Of a stretch of DNA of 64,000 nucleotides, positions 1 through 12,600 are shown in pieces (positions within the stretch are counted from its first letter, which is position 1; the number at the start of each line of letters is the position of its first letter). Source of the stretch: Flectonema sp. DT1601. Taxonomy: Eukaryota. A program made the translations under genes and the position numbers. Below the pieces are notes generated by a model. It saw nothing but the letters and a program-made list of their open reading frames with translations, searched no databases and was not told the DNA's origin. The stretch is from positions 1,054,001 to 1,118,000 of the forward strand of contig OZ025805.1 in NCBI GenBank assembly GCA_964019425.1. Direction: 5' to 3'.

Positions 1-1
1 C

Positions 2-3000
2 AAACTTCATTACGCTGATGGACTGGATTCTGAAGGTAGATCACTTTGTAGTAATTTTAACTTTTTGAATCCTCCGTTGATCTCTCAAGACTTTGATGGT
101 CTTCAGTTTTATGATAGCGGTTTCTTTGAAGAGGGGACACTAATAACACTGTCGTTTACGATGGGGGGGGTTCCGGAAGATTTATATTTTATGAAAACTT
201 CAAGTGTTTATGAAGAAGATCGGGTAGAGATTCTACGAGCACCTGACAGCCCAGCAGGTGGCCCTGCTGTAGGCATTACATTAGACAACAGAGTTGTGAT
301 GAATGTTATCGAGGGAAATCTTTTTAGTACGAGGGAGCCACCACCGAGTAGCTTTGGTGTGTTTTCTTTTTTTTTTTTTGTACCGACGTAGTCGGAGAAG
401 AAACTATTCAGATTGAAAACCGTAATTTCTTATGGTCATGATTTATTTTCCCCGTGCGACAGGATTATGTCTGCGTTCAACGAAATATAAGGTTAATCTG
501 AATGGTTTTTTACCTGCGAACTCATTTCTGTGGAAAGAGAAGTAATGACAACAACAACAACAACAACAACAGCGAAGGGAGTTGGATTCTTAGGTTTACG
601 TCTCAAAGTAGTGACACCGTTAACGTCTGAGGCAACAACTAAAATACTGTCTCGTATTCGATATTATAATAACTTTTTAAGACCTGTTGAAGAATTAAAA
701 CGTTTAGAAGTATCTGTCAAAGACGACAGAGGATTCGTGTGTTCTGTTAATGTAAACCTCACAGTCATTGGAAAGAACAATCCAACGACTATATCGATAC
801 CAACACCAAAGACGTATTTCAGACTTGTAACTCCTCCGTCTATCGAAGAGTCTCTCGTAGAGCTGTATGCTCCACCGATTAGTGCTAGACAGGTACCGAT
901 ATTTCCAACAGTTTGTATTAATGATCCAGACACTGATAGGATCTTTGGGGGTGAGATCAGAGTAAGATTATTATCAGGTGTCTGTCGAGGTGATATTCTA
1001 CAAATCTACTCTTCTGGTTCTACGAAAATAGGAATCCGAACTCCTGAAGGAGAGGAATTATATTACGGTGACAAGCTATTTGGGTATCTCACCAAGCAAG
1101 GGACGCTTATTACTGCAGAAAAACGATGGCAATCAACATTGTCTGTTGGTAAAGGGAGACCTAAGAGAAGTTCTTTCGCACGTAAATCATTCAGACGAAC
1201 TACCAGTGCGGCAGCTGATGAAGAGCTGAATGAACTAATTATAAAATTAGATAACACTGGTAATGTAACACTTAATGGGATTCAATCGATACTGAGATCA
1301 GTTCATTACAATAGTACAAATCAATATCCTCAAGAAGGCATCAGAACTATTGAAGTGTTAGTTAATCTAGGACCAGGACTACCTGAAGATGCAGCGTCTT
1401 CGGAGATTGAGTCTTTAGCAAAACAAACTCCTGTTGAATTTGATCATTTATCAGCTAAATCAGAATTAAGAATTACTCCTTCACTGTTTGAATTAGTTCA
1501 TCAACCAGCAGCTGACATACGAGAAGGAGGTTCACCAGTTCGGATTGCTGTTTTTGAAGTGTCTGACACAAACACTTCTGGTATTGAAAACTTCTCAGGA
1601 GGATACATCCGTTGCTCAATTGTAAGTGGAAATACTGAAGATGACTTACTGGGATTAAAAGCAAAAGATTCCGATCTTCGATTGGTTCGCAAAAATGACA
1701 ACACCACAGACCTATTCGCTGGTGAGACTAAACAGATTGCTACAGCAACATTAACACCATCGAAAGTCACAATAAAATTTTCAAAACGAGTGCAAATAAC
1801 TCGAAAAGAAGTTTCTCAGATGCTGAAGTCTCTAACGTACTGCAAACTTGGAAACGAGGCTGGCGGCATATCAAAAGTAATTTTAATTTCTCTTAATGAT
1901 GGTAACAGTTCCAGCTCTCACATTCCTATTTGTTTAACTGTGGCTAAGAATGTTGGTTTGACGGAGATTGTTCTTGTGGGTAACAGACTCAAGTATGTGT
2001 TCTTTTGTATAGCAACAACAACAACAACAGCAACAACAAACAACAAACAACAATAGGTATAAGCCATTCACTCCTTCTATTACTTCAATTGGAAATGTTA
2101 TGCCAATAGCTCCTCAAGGACGAGGAGCCATTACAACACCCGACGATACTATTTTGGAAGGTTGGCAAATCGTTGTTGAAATCGCCACTGGTTGGCAGAA
2201 AGGCGATCAATTAGTTTTCATGACTTCCGTATGTAGTCTTCTTTTTTTTTTTTTTTGGTTGGAATTTATCATAATATTATGCAAAATTAAATAACTCAAA
2301 AAAAAAAAAACAACCCGCAATCCAGTCTCAACAAGAACACTGCTCTCAAAATGTTGATAGAAATTCAGATATAATGCAAAGGGGTACTTGGGAAGGTGTT
2401 GTTCACACTACTGAAGAAAAGAAACTCCGAGCTGTATCTGCAGATGGTTTAATTGACAATGTAATAGGTGAATTGAAAATGGACAAGCAGACGCTTCGCA
2501 TTAGTATTTCACAGGGAAGGTATGTGATTACATCCTTATAGTCAAAAACAGACAAACAAAACGACAAAATAATTCTAAGTAAAACAGTGACACTCAAATC
2601 GTTGATGGACTTCTCATAAGTTATTTATTGAACTGTGTTGCCTTTTCATTGTCTGACAAAGATAAGATAGCAACCGGTACACGAACTGTGACTGTTAAGA
2701 CTCTTGACGATTCTAAGTATGAAACATCAAAAGTAAAAACAACCATTGATGTTTGCAAGCCTTTAGTCAGTGGTATCCCTGAGTCAATAACCGTTAAGCT
2801 ATCAAGTTTAATTAAAGAAGGCGTTCAAATAGCGGAAAAACCAATTGTTACGTTTGATGACAAAATAAAGCAATCAGCTAATGGATATATTGAAATATAC
2901 ATTCCACCAGATCCGATGTTTGATGGGCCTTTGCCACGTCTGTTTTTCCGTGATTCTCAAAGAGTCAAAAGAGATGGAAATCAAATTGTCATCGGAGGTG

Positions 3001-3284
3001 ATGTTATTGGGAAGGTAACAACGTCGGATGGATTTGTCCTTCGAATTGAATTACTTTCTAAAACAACTGCGAAGTTACTGACTCAGATATTGCAATGTTT
3101 ATGTGCAAAGTGTGAGATTGATTGCAGGTACGTACAGCTCTATTCAAAATCACAAAACTACCAACAACCTCTAAACCAAACCAAACACAGCGATGACGAA
3201 GTACTTCAGTTTAATACTTCACTCGTAGTATCAGACGGTGTTGGAGAACCTACTGTTACTCCTACTGTCATAAAGCCCTGTTGA
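2..3284 (+). CDS. 5'-truncated multi-exon protein with tandem cadherin/bacterial-adhesin-like beta repeats; predicted exons <2-356, 573-1992, 2057-2228, 2326-2519, 2588-3127, 3191-3284
   Basis: ORFs 65-391, 530-2056, 2100-2294 and 2628-3284 join in frame via GT-AG introns 357-572, 1993-2056, 2229-2325, 2520-2587 and 3128-3190. Recurring motif pairs such as 'INDPDTDRIFGGEIRVRLLSG..GDILQI' / 'ILRSVHYNSTNQYPQEGIRTIEV' and 'FSGGYIRCSIVSG..DDLL' / 'MLKSLTY..ISLNDG'. Confidence 0.7.
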
Positions 3285-3426
3285 TATTGCTATTTACACT
3301 TTTTTACATTTACTAGATACGGTTTTGTAGTATTTTTTTTTAAAATATTTAAGTTAGTAGATTAGTAATGTAGTGTGTGCAATTTTACACCGATTTGAAA
3401 AAAAAATCAGGAAAAAAACATAAAAG

Positions 3427-5637
3427 ATGACGAGTGTCAGGGTAAACCTGACTAAGAAGGTATCTATTAACATTATTGTATGCGAGCCGATAACAGTGGG
3501 TGAGGTATGATTATGGATATCCTTTTTTTATGTGTTTCGTACTGTGTTTTTATTACTAGGGGGGAAAAAAAAAAAAAAAAAAACAGACAAAGGAAGCTCT
3601 CGACATCCTTTCTAATATTAAAATAAATAAACTGTGTTGTGGTGACAAGGTTTGTGTGTTTTTTTTTTTTTTTTTTTAAAAAAAAAACTTATTATAGTTT
3701 TGCTGAGATTGTAATTAAAAAAAAATAGGTACTTTCAAACTCTGATGTACTACCTGACGAAGTCGATGTTGTATCTTCAAAAACTATACGTGATGCTACA
3801 GAGAAGTCAAAGCCTTTGTATGGAACTTTACTGTTTAAGTATTCTTAGTGTTGTGTTCAATTTGAATAATAAATTTTAAACAGCTCTGCATCAGCATCGG
3901 CGCTTACTGGAGGGAGGAAACCTGAGTTAAAGAAATTAGGTACTCCTGTTACCCCAGCAAGACCAATCGGTATGAAGGTAGACAGACAGAATACAATTAC
4001 GTCTCCAAAGAAAGAGACTCCGAGAATCGCGCGTACAGTTCCGAGAAAGGAAAAGCCTCGGAGACCACTTCCAACACCGGAGGATGATAAATCATTTTCT
4101 CGTCAGCATTCTAAGCCAGTAAAACACCGCGTTACTCCTGATCTCGAGGAAGCTAGACTCCGATTGTCAAAGACCACTCCAGACGAAATCCGTAAAATTA
4201 CAATTATCGCGCAACCCCCTCCCGCACTAACAATGCTCGTTGAGAACATGATGCTGACGTGTGGTGCTTCAAACAAGTCTTGGGAAGCGGCGATGAGAGA
4301 GTTGGGGGACATGAGATTTTTGAAAAAGGTTTGTTGCGTTACTTAACTGGTATTGTATTCTGGATAAGGATTTAATGTAACAAAAAATAATAAACCAACA
4401 GCTCTGCGGTATTGAACCTCAGTTCTCAGATAGGGTAACTCGTAAATTAGAAAACTGTGTGTACGCCAACGAAGAAACCATGAAAAAGGTTTGTATTCTT
4501 TGTTTGTCTACCCCAAGGTAATAATATTTAGCAAAATTAAAAAAAAAAAAAAAACAGGTTGCTGGCTCAGCTGGTGTTAATTTAGTATCGTGGTTGAAAG
4601 CTTTAACGGCAGCTTGTAAAGCAGCGCCGCTTCCAGTTGAGGAAAAGCATTCATCTCATGCGGAACACAGCGAACAGACAGAGGAAATCGAACAATTAAA
4701 GAAAGTAGCTACCATCCTAGCAGACACTAAGAATAGTGACTTTAGAGATTTCAGGAGCTACACCTCAACCAATCATACTTTAGTTCCTGGTATTGCACAG
4801 CCAATGGCGGGTATGCAAGCAGCATTAGGAAGAAGAGATACATCGATGGAATCTGGTTTAAGGATGACTCTCAATCCTTCAACGTTAAAGACTTTATTAG
4901 TTGACGCAGCGACAGACCCCCTAAAACATCTTAACTTGGACAGATCTGAGTTCATCGCCTTTCAGAGAATCATTACTCAAATGGACAAAAACTCCAGTCC
5001 TTTAGATAAAGAACCTGCAGCACTCTCTGCTATTGTTCAGTGGGTACGTGCTGCTTTTCAATACTCAAGCTGTAAGCACAAGTCTAAGGTATTAATATTG
5101 TTCTTTTTCATCATTTGTTGTCAGTGTAGTATTGCAAACAATAAAACATATCAACAGGAGGATGCAAGACGTCAGGCTTCAGCAACACCACCAGCTCCTT
5201 CCACCAGTCAAAATGGACACCCGAAACCACAGCAGCACAAGGATCCCGAGACAGTTACTCCTGAAACACAACCTGCTAAACCAGAACCTGTTCCTGAACC
5301 TGAGTTGGAAGTAAAGAAGACTACTGAACCGGAGGAGACAGAAGCCAACGAGCCTGAGGTTGTTCCTGAAGTTGCTGCGGATCCAGTAGTGGAAGAACCT
5401 GCTCAGGTGGAAGAAGCACCTGCTCAAGTGGAGGAAGCACCTCTACAGCAAGAAGAGGAAGCAACGCAGCAGGTAGAAGAGGAGACTCCGGTAGTCGAGG
5501 CGGAACCAACTCCTGAGCAGGAAGTTCAGCCATCGGCAGAGTCCGTTCCAACTGAGGAAGTTGCTCCTGTCACCAACAATGTACGTCCTGAAGATATTGA
5601 ATGGCCTGAAGATCATGAACACGAAGAGACGTTCTAA
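3427..5637 (+). CDS. ~590-aa protein with two dynein-heavy-chain microtubule-binding-domain-like units, a possible N-terminal ubiquitin-like fold and an E/P-rich tail; exons 3427-3504, 3587-3649, 3729-3817, 3884-4328, 4402-4488, 4558-5088, 5158-5637
   Basis: Six GT-AG introns restore one reading frame (donor at 3818 has a same-phase alternative at 3839). 'PDLEEARLRLSKTTPDEIRKITIIAQPPPALTMLVENMMLTCG..SWEAAMRELGDMRFLKKL...SAGVNLVSWLKAL' matches the MTBD pattern. A second unit ends in 'AALSAIVQWVRAAFQY'. Confidence 0.65.
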
Positions 5638-6659
5638 TAGTTTTGGTATTCCTGATTCTCTCATCGAACACAACAGACACTAGATAACAGCAAACTGACT
5701 AGGCAAAGAAAAATAGAAAAATAGATAAAACTCACTGAACTACAACAACAACAAGTCCCTCATAGGCTGGAGTACTAATACAATAGATGTAATCAACTAA
5801 CTCTGTATTGATATTCAAATACGAGCTGCCTTGGTGTACAATACTGCCGACCCACTCCGATCCACAAGGAGGGTCGTCCTGACGTCGTATTTTTATTAGA
5901 TTCGATAAATTACGATAAAGTAATTTCTTAAATTAATTATCTCTTATTAACAGCTGTTGTCTTTTGTCCCTTTACGTCCCCATACGATCCCGTTATTTTC
6001 ATTTTTTTTTTTTTACCCCTTCATCTTTTTTTACTCCCCTTTTAACGGAGAACGTCAGCGTTTGGTGTTGTAGGGCTCTCGGTTATACTCTGATAGTTGT
6101 TGGGGGGAAGAAAAAAAAAAAAAAAAAAAAAAAAAAAGTGTAGTTAAAAACAATGCAAAAGTCTGCTGTTTAGTTTTAGATTGTGACATTCGGTGCCGAC
6201 AAACAAACAACGCAGTACATCCACATTCTAGGGCACTATGTTGGGTGTTTTATTACTCTCATATTGAGATTGTGTAGTCGAACCCCTTTCATCCTTCAAA
6301 TTATTATTTAGGTCGCATCTTTCTTAGGCAGATGGATAACACTGCTGACAACAGAAATAGATCCAACCAGACGTTATCGTTTTAATGAATTTAACTGTTT
6401 TTTTTTTTTTTTTTTCCGCTTCGGAGGGATTTTTTCCTCATTGGAAAAAAAAAAAAAAAACATTTATAGAAAATTTCAAAAAAAAAAAAAAAAAGAAATG
6501 AAAAAAAAAATTTGTTGTTTTATTTTATTGATGATTCAAACAACCCTTCGCTTTAACAGGAACACAAAAGAAAGCAATAATTTAGAATTAGTGGTTGTGA
6601 TTTATTATAGTTTCACACCTCTGGCGTGTTATATTTTGTTATCCTTTTTCTCAGATCAA

Positions 6660-9600
6660 ATGGAAGCTGATTTAAAATGGCTGGAACGTGCCGGTGAATT
6701 AGATTTATTCGGTAGCCCGTTACACGTTGCTGCTGTTGCTTCTCCACTGCCGTCACGCTCGGAAATATTACGAAGTACTTCCTTCGTATTGGATGCAACA
6801 ACACCACATGGAGATGTGCTGCTTGTTAATGAAAACAGTGCAGTGAAACCGGCAACAGGATGGGTCACAGTACATGCTGTTGAACCAATAACTCATGGCA
6901 TACATGAATGGTCTATAAAGATTGAAAACCAAGGAGAGACAAGTGACGGATCAGGACTGATGTTAGGTATCGTACCAAAAGTATTTTGTAGATACGATTC
7001 ATTCATATCTCAAGGTGGTGGATGGTGTTTATCAAGAGCTGGGAAGTTTTACGGACACTGGAAAAGAGTTGAAGGAATCGGGTCTACCGGAACACTCGTA
7101 TTCGGAACTGGCGACACTGTCACTTTTGAGTTAGACACTGAAACATCAAGGATGACTGTTGCTGTTGGTGATAGGTTTGTTGTTGGGGAAATCTCAAAAC
7201 TAACTCCCGAAGTGTATCCTGCTGCATCTCTACACTACCGTCAACAGCATATCTGCTTTGAATCCCGTCGGAAAAAGCAAAAGAAGTATCCAGTCAGAGG
7301 CTGGTTTCAAAAGTCACTCCAACACCAATGCCACGTTATGTTCAAACTCTCTCACCACCATCTCCGTAACAGAGTTAGTCAGCTGCTATCGAGAGGGTTG
7401 TCGCAGAGGGGAACTGAAAGGCAAACCGAATGGGAGGATTATTATTTATTACGTCAAGATGTCTTGAGTGCTATTATAAATGGTGTGTCGAAGCTAATTG
7501 AGACTCCTGAAGCACATCAACATTCATATTCTCATAGAGGAATTGTTGCAACTCAGGGAGTGACTCCAGAAAAAGTTGTTGCAAACTGTGGTATTCAACT
7601 TTCACTCTCTCTGTTGTCTGCGGTAGCTGCGGATAATCCTGCGGTGTGTGAAGCGGTGTTTGAAACTCTCGGAAGGCAATTTCAATCTCAACCTCTTTTC
7701 TCTTTTTCTCCTTACTCTCCTGATGGATCACTTATTCCTATATGTACGTTAGAACACCTCCGTGTGGCTGCCTCAACACATGTTTCACCGGCATCAATAA
7801 AACTACTCGTCATTATTGCTCTACTTCGTAGTGATGCTACGGAATGCCTTAGAACGTTGAAAACACTTGTTGACTTACCTCCAGCTAGTCAGAACTTCGC
7901 TGTTGATGTTAGTGACATGTTCTGTAGATTACAGAGAGCTTTAGCACCGTACGACTTACCTATATTAAGATACTCTGATGAGGTTGATAAAATAGATATA
8001 AGACTAGCTGTGTGTCATTGTCCTAGTTCGGTTTGGGGTTCATCACCTCGACCTGATCGATTCGTTGTAAAAAGTATTGCTTCCAACGTCAACTATCTCT
8101 TTATAGCAATCGTATCTGTTGGTATCATAAAATTAGGTCACGGCAGGGGTTGCATCCCAACTGATGTACTCGCTAAAAATGATGAAATACCTGGAAATGT
8201 CACTCTAGCATATGTCAATGGTAATTTATATGTACGTCCAACTCTCGAATGCCGCAGTGGTATCTTTGCCAACAAAGACCTAATTGTTCTCGATCCCGTA
8301 AACTTATCTATCAAGGGATTCATCAAGGCTGATGGCTTTGGTAGCATTGAAACCTGCGATGTCAGACATACACCATTGGCTTTGCAAGAAGGATCAAAAA
8401 TTGAGAGTAGGATATTTACTGATGGAGTTTATTTATATTTGGCTTCTGCTCATCCAAAGCGAACTCTTAAAGATGAAGGAGGATCTTTATTGCATCCTCC
8501 GACATCATCATTGCAATGTCGAGATACGTCAAATCCGGTTGTTGTTACTACCTTCGACCCATCTAATATGAGGGTCGTTAGATCTGTTACTTTAGCTGGT
8601 CCAAAACCGAGTTCTGTTGAAGCTCTACGAGGGTCTGGTGGTTCTCAAAGAAAGGTACTCCACCTTGACAAAGAATCTTATATTGATTTAGGTCCAATTC
8701 CTGAAGCACTTCAATCTCCATTTAGTCATATGTCAATTGAGTTGTGGTGTAAACCAGCTGGACCAGATGATGTGAGAAATGTTTATGTTCATGGAGACAA
8801 ATCATGTGGAAGAGAAGTTTTTATTGATATCCATTGTCTTGATAATTGTTTAATTGTAAAAGGTGGAGTTAGAACTGATGTCAGAAATGGTATTCGCAGC
8901 TGTTCAACATCAGCGACAATGCCAAGCTGTGGATGGGTTCATATTGCTCTGGTCTTTGATGGGGTTTGGATGTTATATTTGAATGGAATACCTTCAGGTA
9001 CTTCACGTGTTGAGGATACATCTGTTGGTTGTACAAAACAACCACGACGGTGGATTTTGGGATCAAATTTCTCCGGTTCAATCACTGAAGTTCGAATCTG
9101 GTCTAGAGCACGACCTTGTGCTCTAATCCTCCGAGATTTACATTTCACGCAATCATCACTTTCACATTCAGAATCTAGTTTGATAACATACTACCCTTTG
9201 GATGAAGGTCATGGACATACGATTTATGACTGGGGTAGTTCTACACCAAAGCACAATGCCTGGATATCAAAAAAGGCTGCTCCACTATGGAGAGAGTCAC
9301 CTGACTGCCCAGTCACTAGTTCGGCTCACACTGATTGTTTGGCATCAAGTGAAATAGAGCAAAGTATGTGGCAAATATTCTTACCATCGATAGAGAACTG
9401 TGGGATGACTTGTAATGGAAGAGTGTTATCCGTTATATTAACTGAAGTGGAGGAGTTGATCCCTCAATCACCTCCTACTTCAGGACATCCTCAGTTTCTT
9501 AGATATGGATTGTCATCAACGTACTCTCTGGATGATGGCTGTCAGATTCCAACTATTGATCTACTCCTTCCGATAGTAGATGGTCCTTCACACTTTGATA

Positions 9601-12600
9601 GATCATTTAATGGAGTGTGGTATTGTTGTAAGAATCAATTCATCTGTTGGGCTGCTTCGAGATGTACAGTTCCATCTCCGTTACCAGATGATCCTTGTGG
9701 TCAGATAACTGAATTTGGACCATTGACCCCACTTCAATTAACGTCAAAGATATCAGAAGTTATGTCATCGTACGCTCTTCGATATGCTTCTCAATTCTGG
9801 TCGCAGTTATATCAACCGTTGTCTGTGGATCCAACGCCTGAGTTGTTTCAAATAGCGAGTGAGTTATTAGCGACTCAATTACCTCGACCAATCCAATCAA
9901 AGGGAGGCAGGAGGATATCAGTTAGCGCTGTTGAGGATTCTATTACCAATTCTAAATTAGTACTTTGCTGTCTTCGTTTACTCGGAACTAACTTTAAAGT
10001 TGTTCAAGCTTCTGGTGCAGATCCGGTTTCATTGGGACTTCGTACGGAATCTGACGAGGGTTCCAACGACAAGGATCACATAAGTAGTGTTGGTAGATTA
10101 CTTTATAGTCAATTACTAACCCTAATTGGGTTCAAAGACACTCCTGGTAATGAAACTTTTATATCAACTGCTGCTACTATCGCTCTTGCTGAAGGGTTGC
10201 CTTTAATATATACTCCTACCTCTCTTATTAGAATTCTGAAAAACCATCTGCTTCAAGGAGTAGATGTCCACAATGAGATAATTGTAAATACGATCTGTGA
10301 ACATATTTCAGGTTTGAAACATTCAATTGAGGTTGTTTCATGTTTTTGTGATGTCGATTGTGGAATGGAAGAGCTTATTCACTTTTATAAGTTACTAGTA
10401 GAGGCTAGCTTAGCTTGTCATAGCTTTAGATCATCACAAGAAGGTATCTCACCAGTAATAGCTGTCTTGTGTAGTTTACAGTCTGCATTATTGGGATCAG
10501 TTGCGACTAACGAAAAAGCAGCCGGAGAAGCTATTCAACAGCTACTTAGTGTTCATGCTTCTATTCTTCCAAAGATGTGCTCTATTACAGAGGATCTCTC
10601 AGATGATGACACCCTTCGCTATGTTCGAACTTCTGTTGTTGGTCGCGCTCTCGGAGCTCTAATCATGTCAGTACCTCTGTTGGTGAAAACAAATATCGGC
10701 GTCCGCAGATATTTAAACCTCCTTCAACAAATTTCAACTAGTCTCGAAGATTTATCAAAACGCCTGAAATCAGTCGCAAATGTTGAATATGAGTGGGACT
10801 CGAACTGGATGCCTGCATCAGATGATCCAAGTAAAGCTATTCAGCAAGAGTGCAATTTTGATCTTCCCAAGTGGTTTTATAGCATCAGACTAACTGTTGA
10901 GTTTGGTGCCGCACAAGCTGCTGGTCGCATGGTAAGGGGGCCACAGAAAAGTGGATCATGTCCGACGGAAAAGAATCTTCAAAAGTGGGTTGATTCATCA
11001 CTGTTTGCAGGTGGGATTAGAGAATCAACAAACAGTATGAGAGCTTGTGATGAGATAGCAGAAGGCACAGAGAAAGGAATGCAGCTTTGGAAGGCAGTAA
11101 GAAGTGACAATCACAGCCAAGCCCAAGCAGCAGAACCGACTGCAATAGTCTACGATGCCCTTCGCTATATATTTGCTGTCTTAGCAAGAGACTTAATGAA
11201 CAGCAACACTGACTGTGATGATTGTACTCAAACCCCATCACCTCCACAATCAGCTGAACACAAGCAAACCACTCAGACTGATGTCCCTCCTCCAACAGTT
11301 CCTTCGATCCCACCAACTCTGTTGGGAAAGTATCGGAAAGTTGAAGGGTTAAAAAACTGGTTAATACACATGCAAGAAGCTAGTGATGAAATAGATGTCC
11401 AACCTCCTCCGCTAATCCATTCGACGATTCCGTCATCAGGACAGCCGATGAGTACAATAATTGAACGCTGTAAGTTTATATTAAAGTTTCATCATTCACC
11501 AAATCCAACTGACAGTAAAGTTGTTTTAAAAGCATTGGTATCTTCTGGTACGTCAGGAGTTCATAAGTCTAAGAAGAAATGTTTTTCTCAAACTCCTAGC
11601 AGTTGGAGAAGTATGTTCAACGGTTGGAGAGCAATAAAGAAACTCCAAAGACTTCTTGCGATCAATCAACAAGAGGATGAAGTTCTATCTGATCAGTATT
11701 TAGTTTTACTATTGGAATTCTTAGCAGGAAATGACTTACAACTAAATTCAATTGAAGAAGTTATTCATGCGAGACAAGAGACGGGTAGGATTCGTGCGGA
11801 AGGACTTCAGTATTTAAAAACTATTATAGCAGAGAAAGCAAAACCGTTCAAACTAGAGGCTCTTCGTGTATTAGCGTCAGCCATGTCTTCACATCATTAT
11901 ACAGATGGAATAGCTTCCGTTGGTCCGTCAATTTCTGCGACGGTTCAAAGAAATGTTTATTCTTTATTAACTGTTTTACTCCTACCTTTTAGAGAGAGTA
12001 GTCCACCTAATGACACTGTCAGTCAAGTTCAATGTTGTTTAGTTTTGACGTTGTTGCATTGCAGATGGGATGCAGTTGATTTTGCGTTTTTGAGATCTGT
12101 CGATCTTCCAAAAATATTATTTAAATTATTTACATATTGGCGCAGTGATGGTACTGAAAAAGAAGAACTACCTCCACCTCCGACGAGTGTCAATACAGAT
12201 GGGGATGATCAGCAGTTAAAAACTCCTCAGCACCCACAACATCACAACGCTGCTGTTGCTTCCGATTTGTTCTCCGCGTGTACACTCAAAGCTGCGATGT
12301 TGTTGGCTCTGAATACGAATCCAGGAATTGTTAGAGCATCAATTCAATTTATTTATCAATCTGTTGATTGTTTGTGTAATGAACTCCATTTAAGTATTGC
12401 TGCTCTTCGTAATTCTCCAACCACATCGTCAATGCATGTGATTCACGTGGAATATTTATTAACAATCGTATCTTCGATAATTCAAGCTTTAAATGTAAGT
12501 GGGACTTCACCAGCATTAGCTTCAGCAAAGGGTGATCAGACTGGAGGTGTGCAGCTTAGGAAACATGCGGAGTCTCTTGGAGTGAATGAGTTGTTTAAAA

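Noticed and set aside
6441..6659. N-terminal extension of the HECT ORF (MEKKKK...)
   Set aside because: Derived from polyA/polyT runs with a TTG start; the first credible ATG is at 6660, after an acceptor-like AG.
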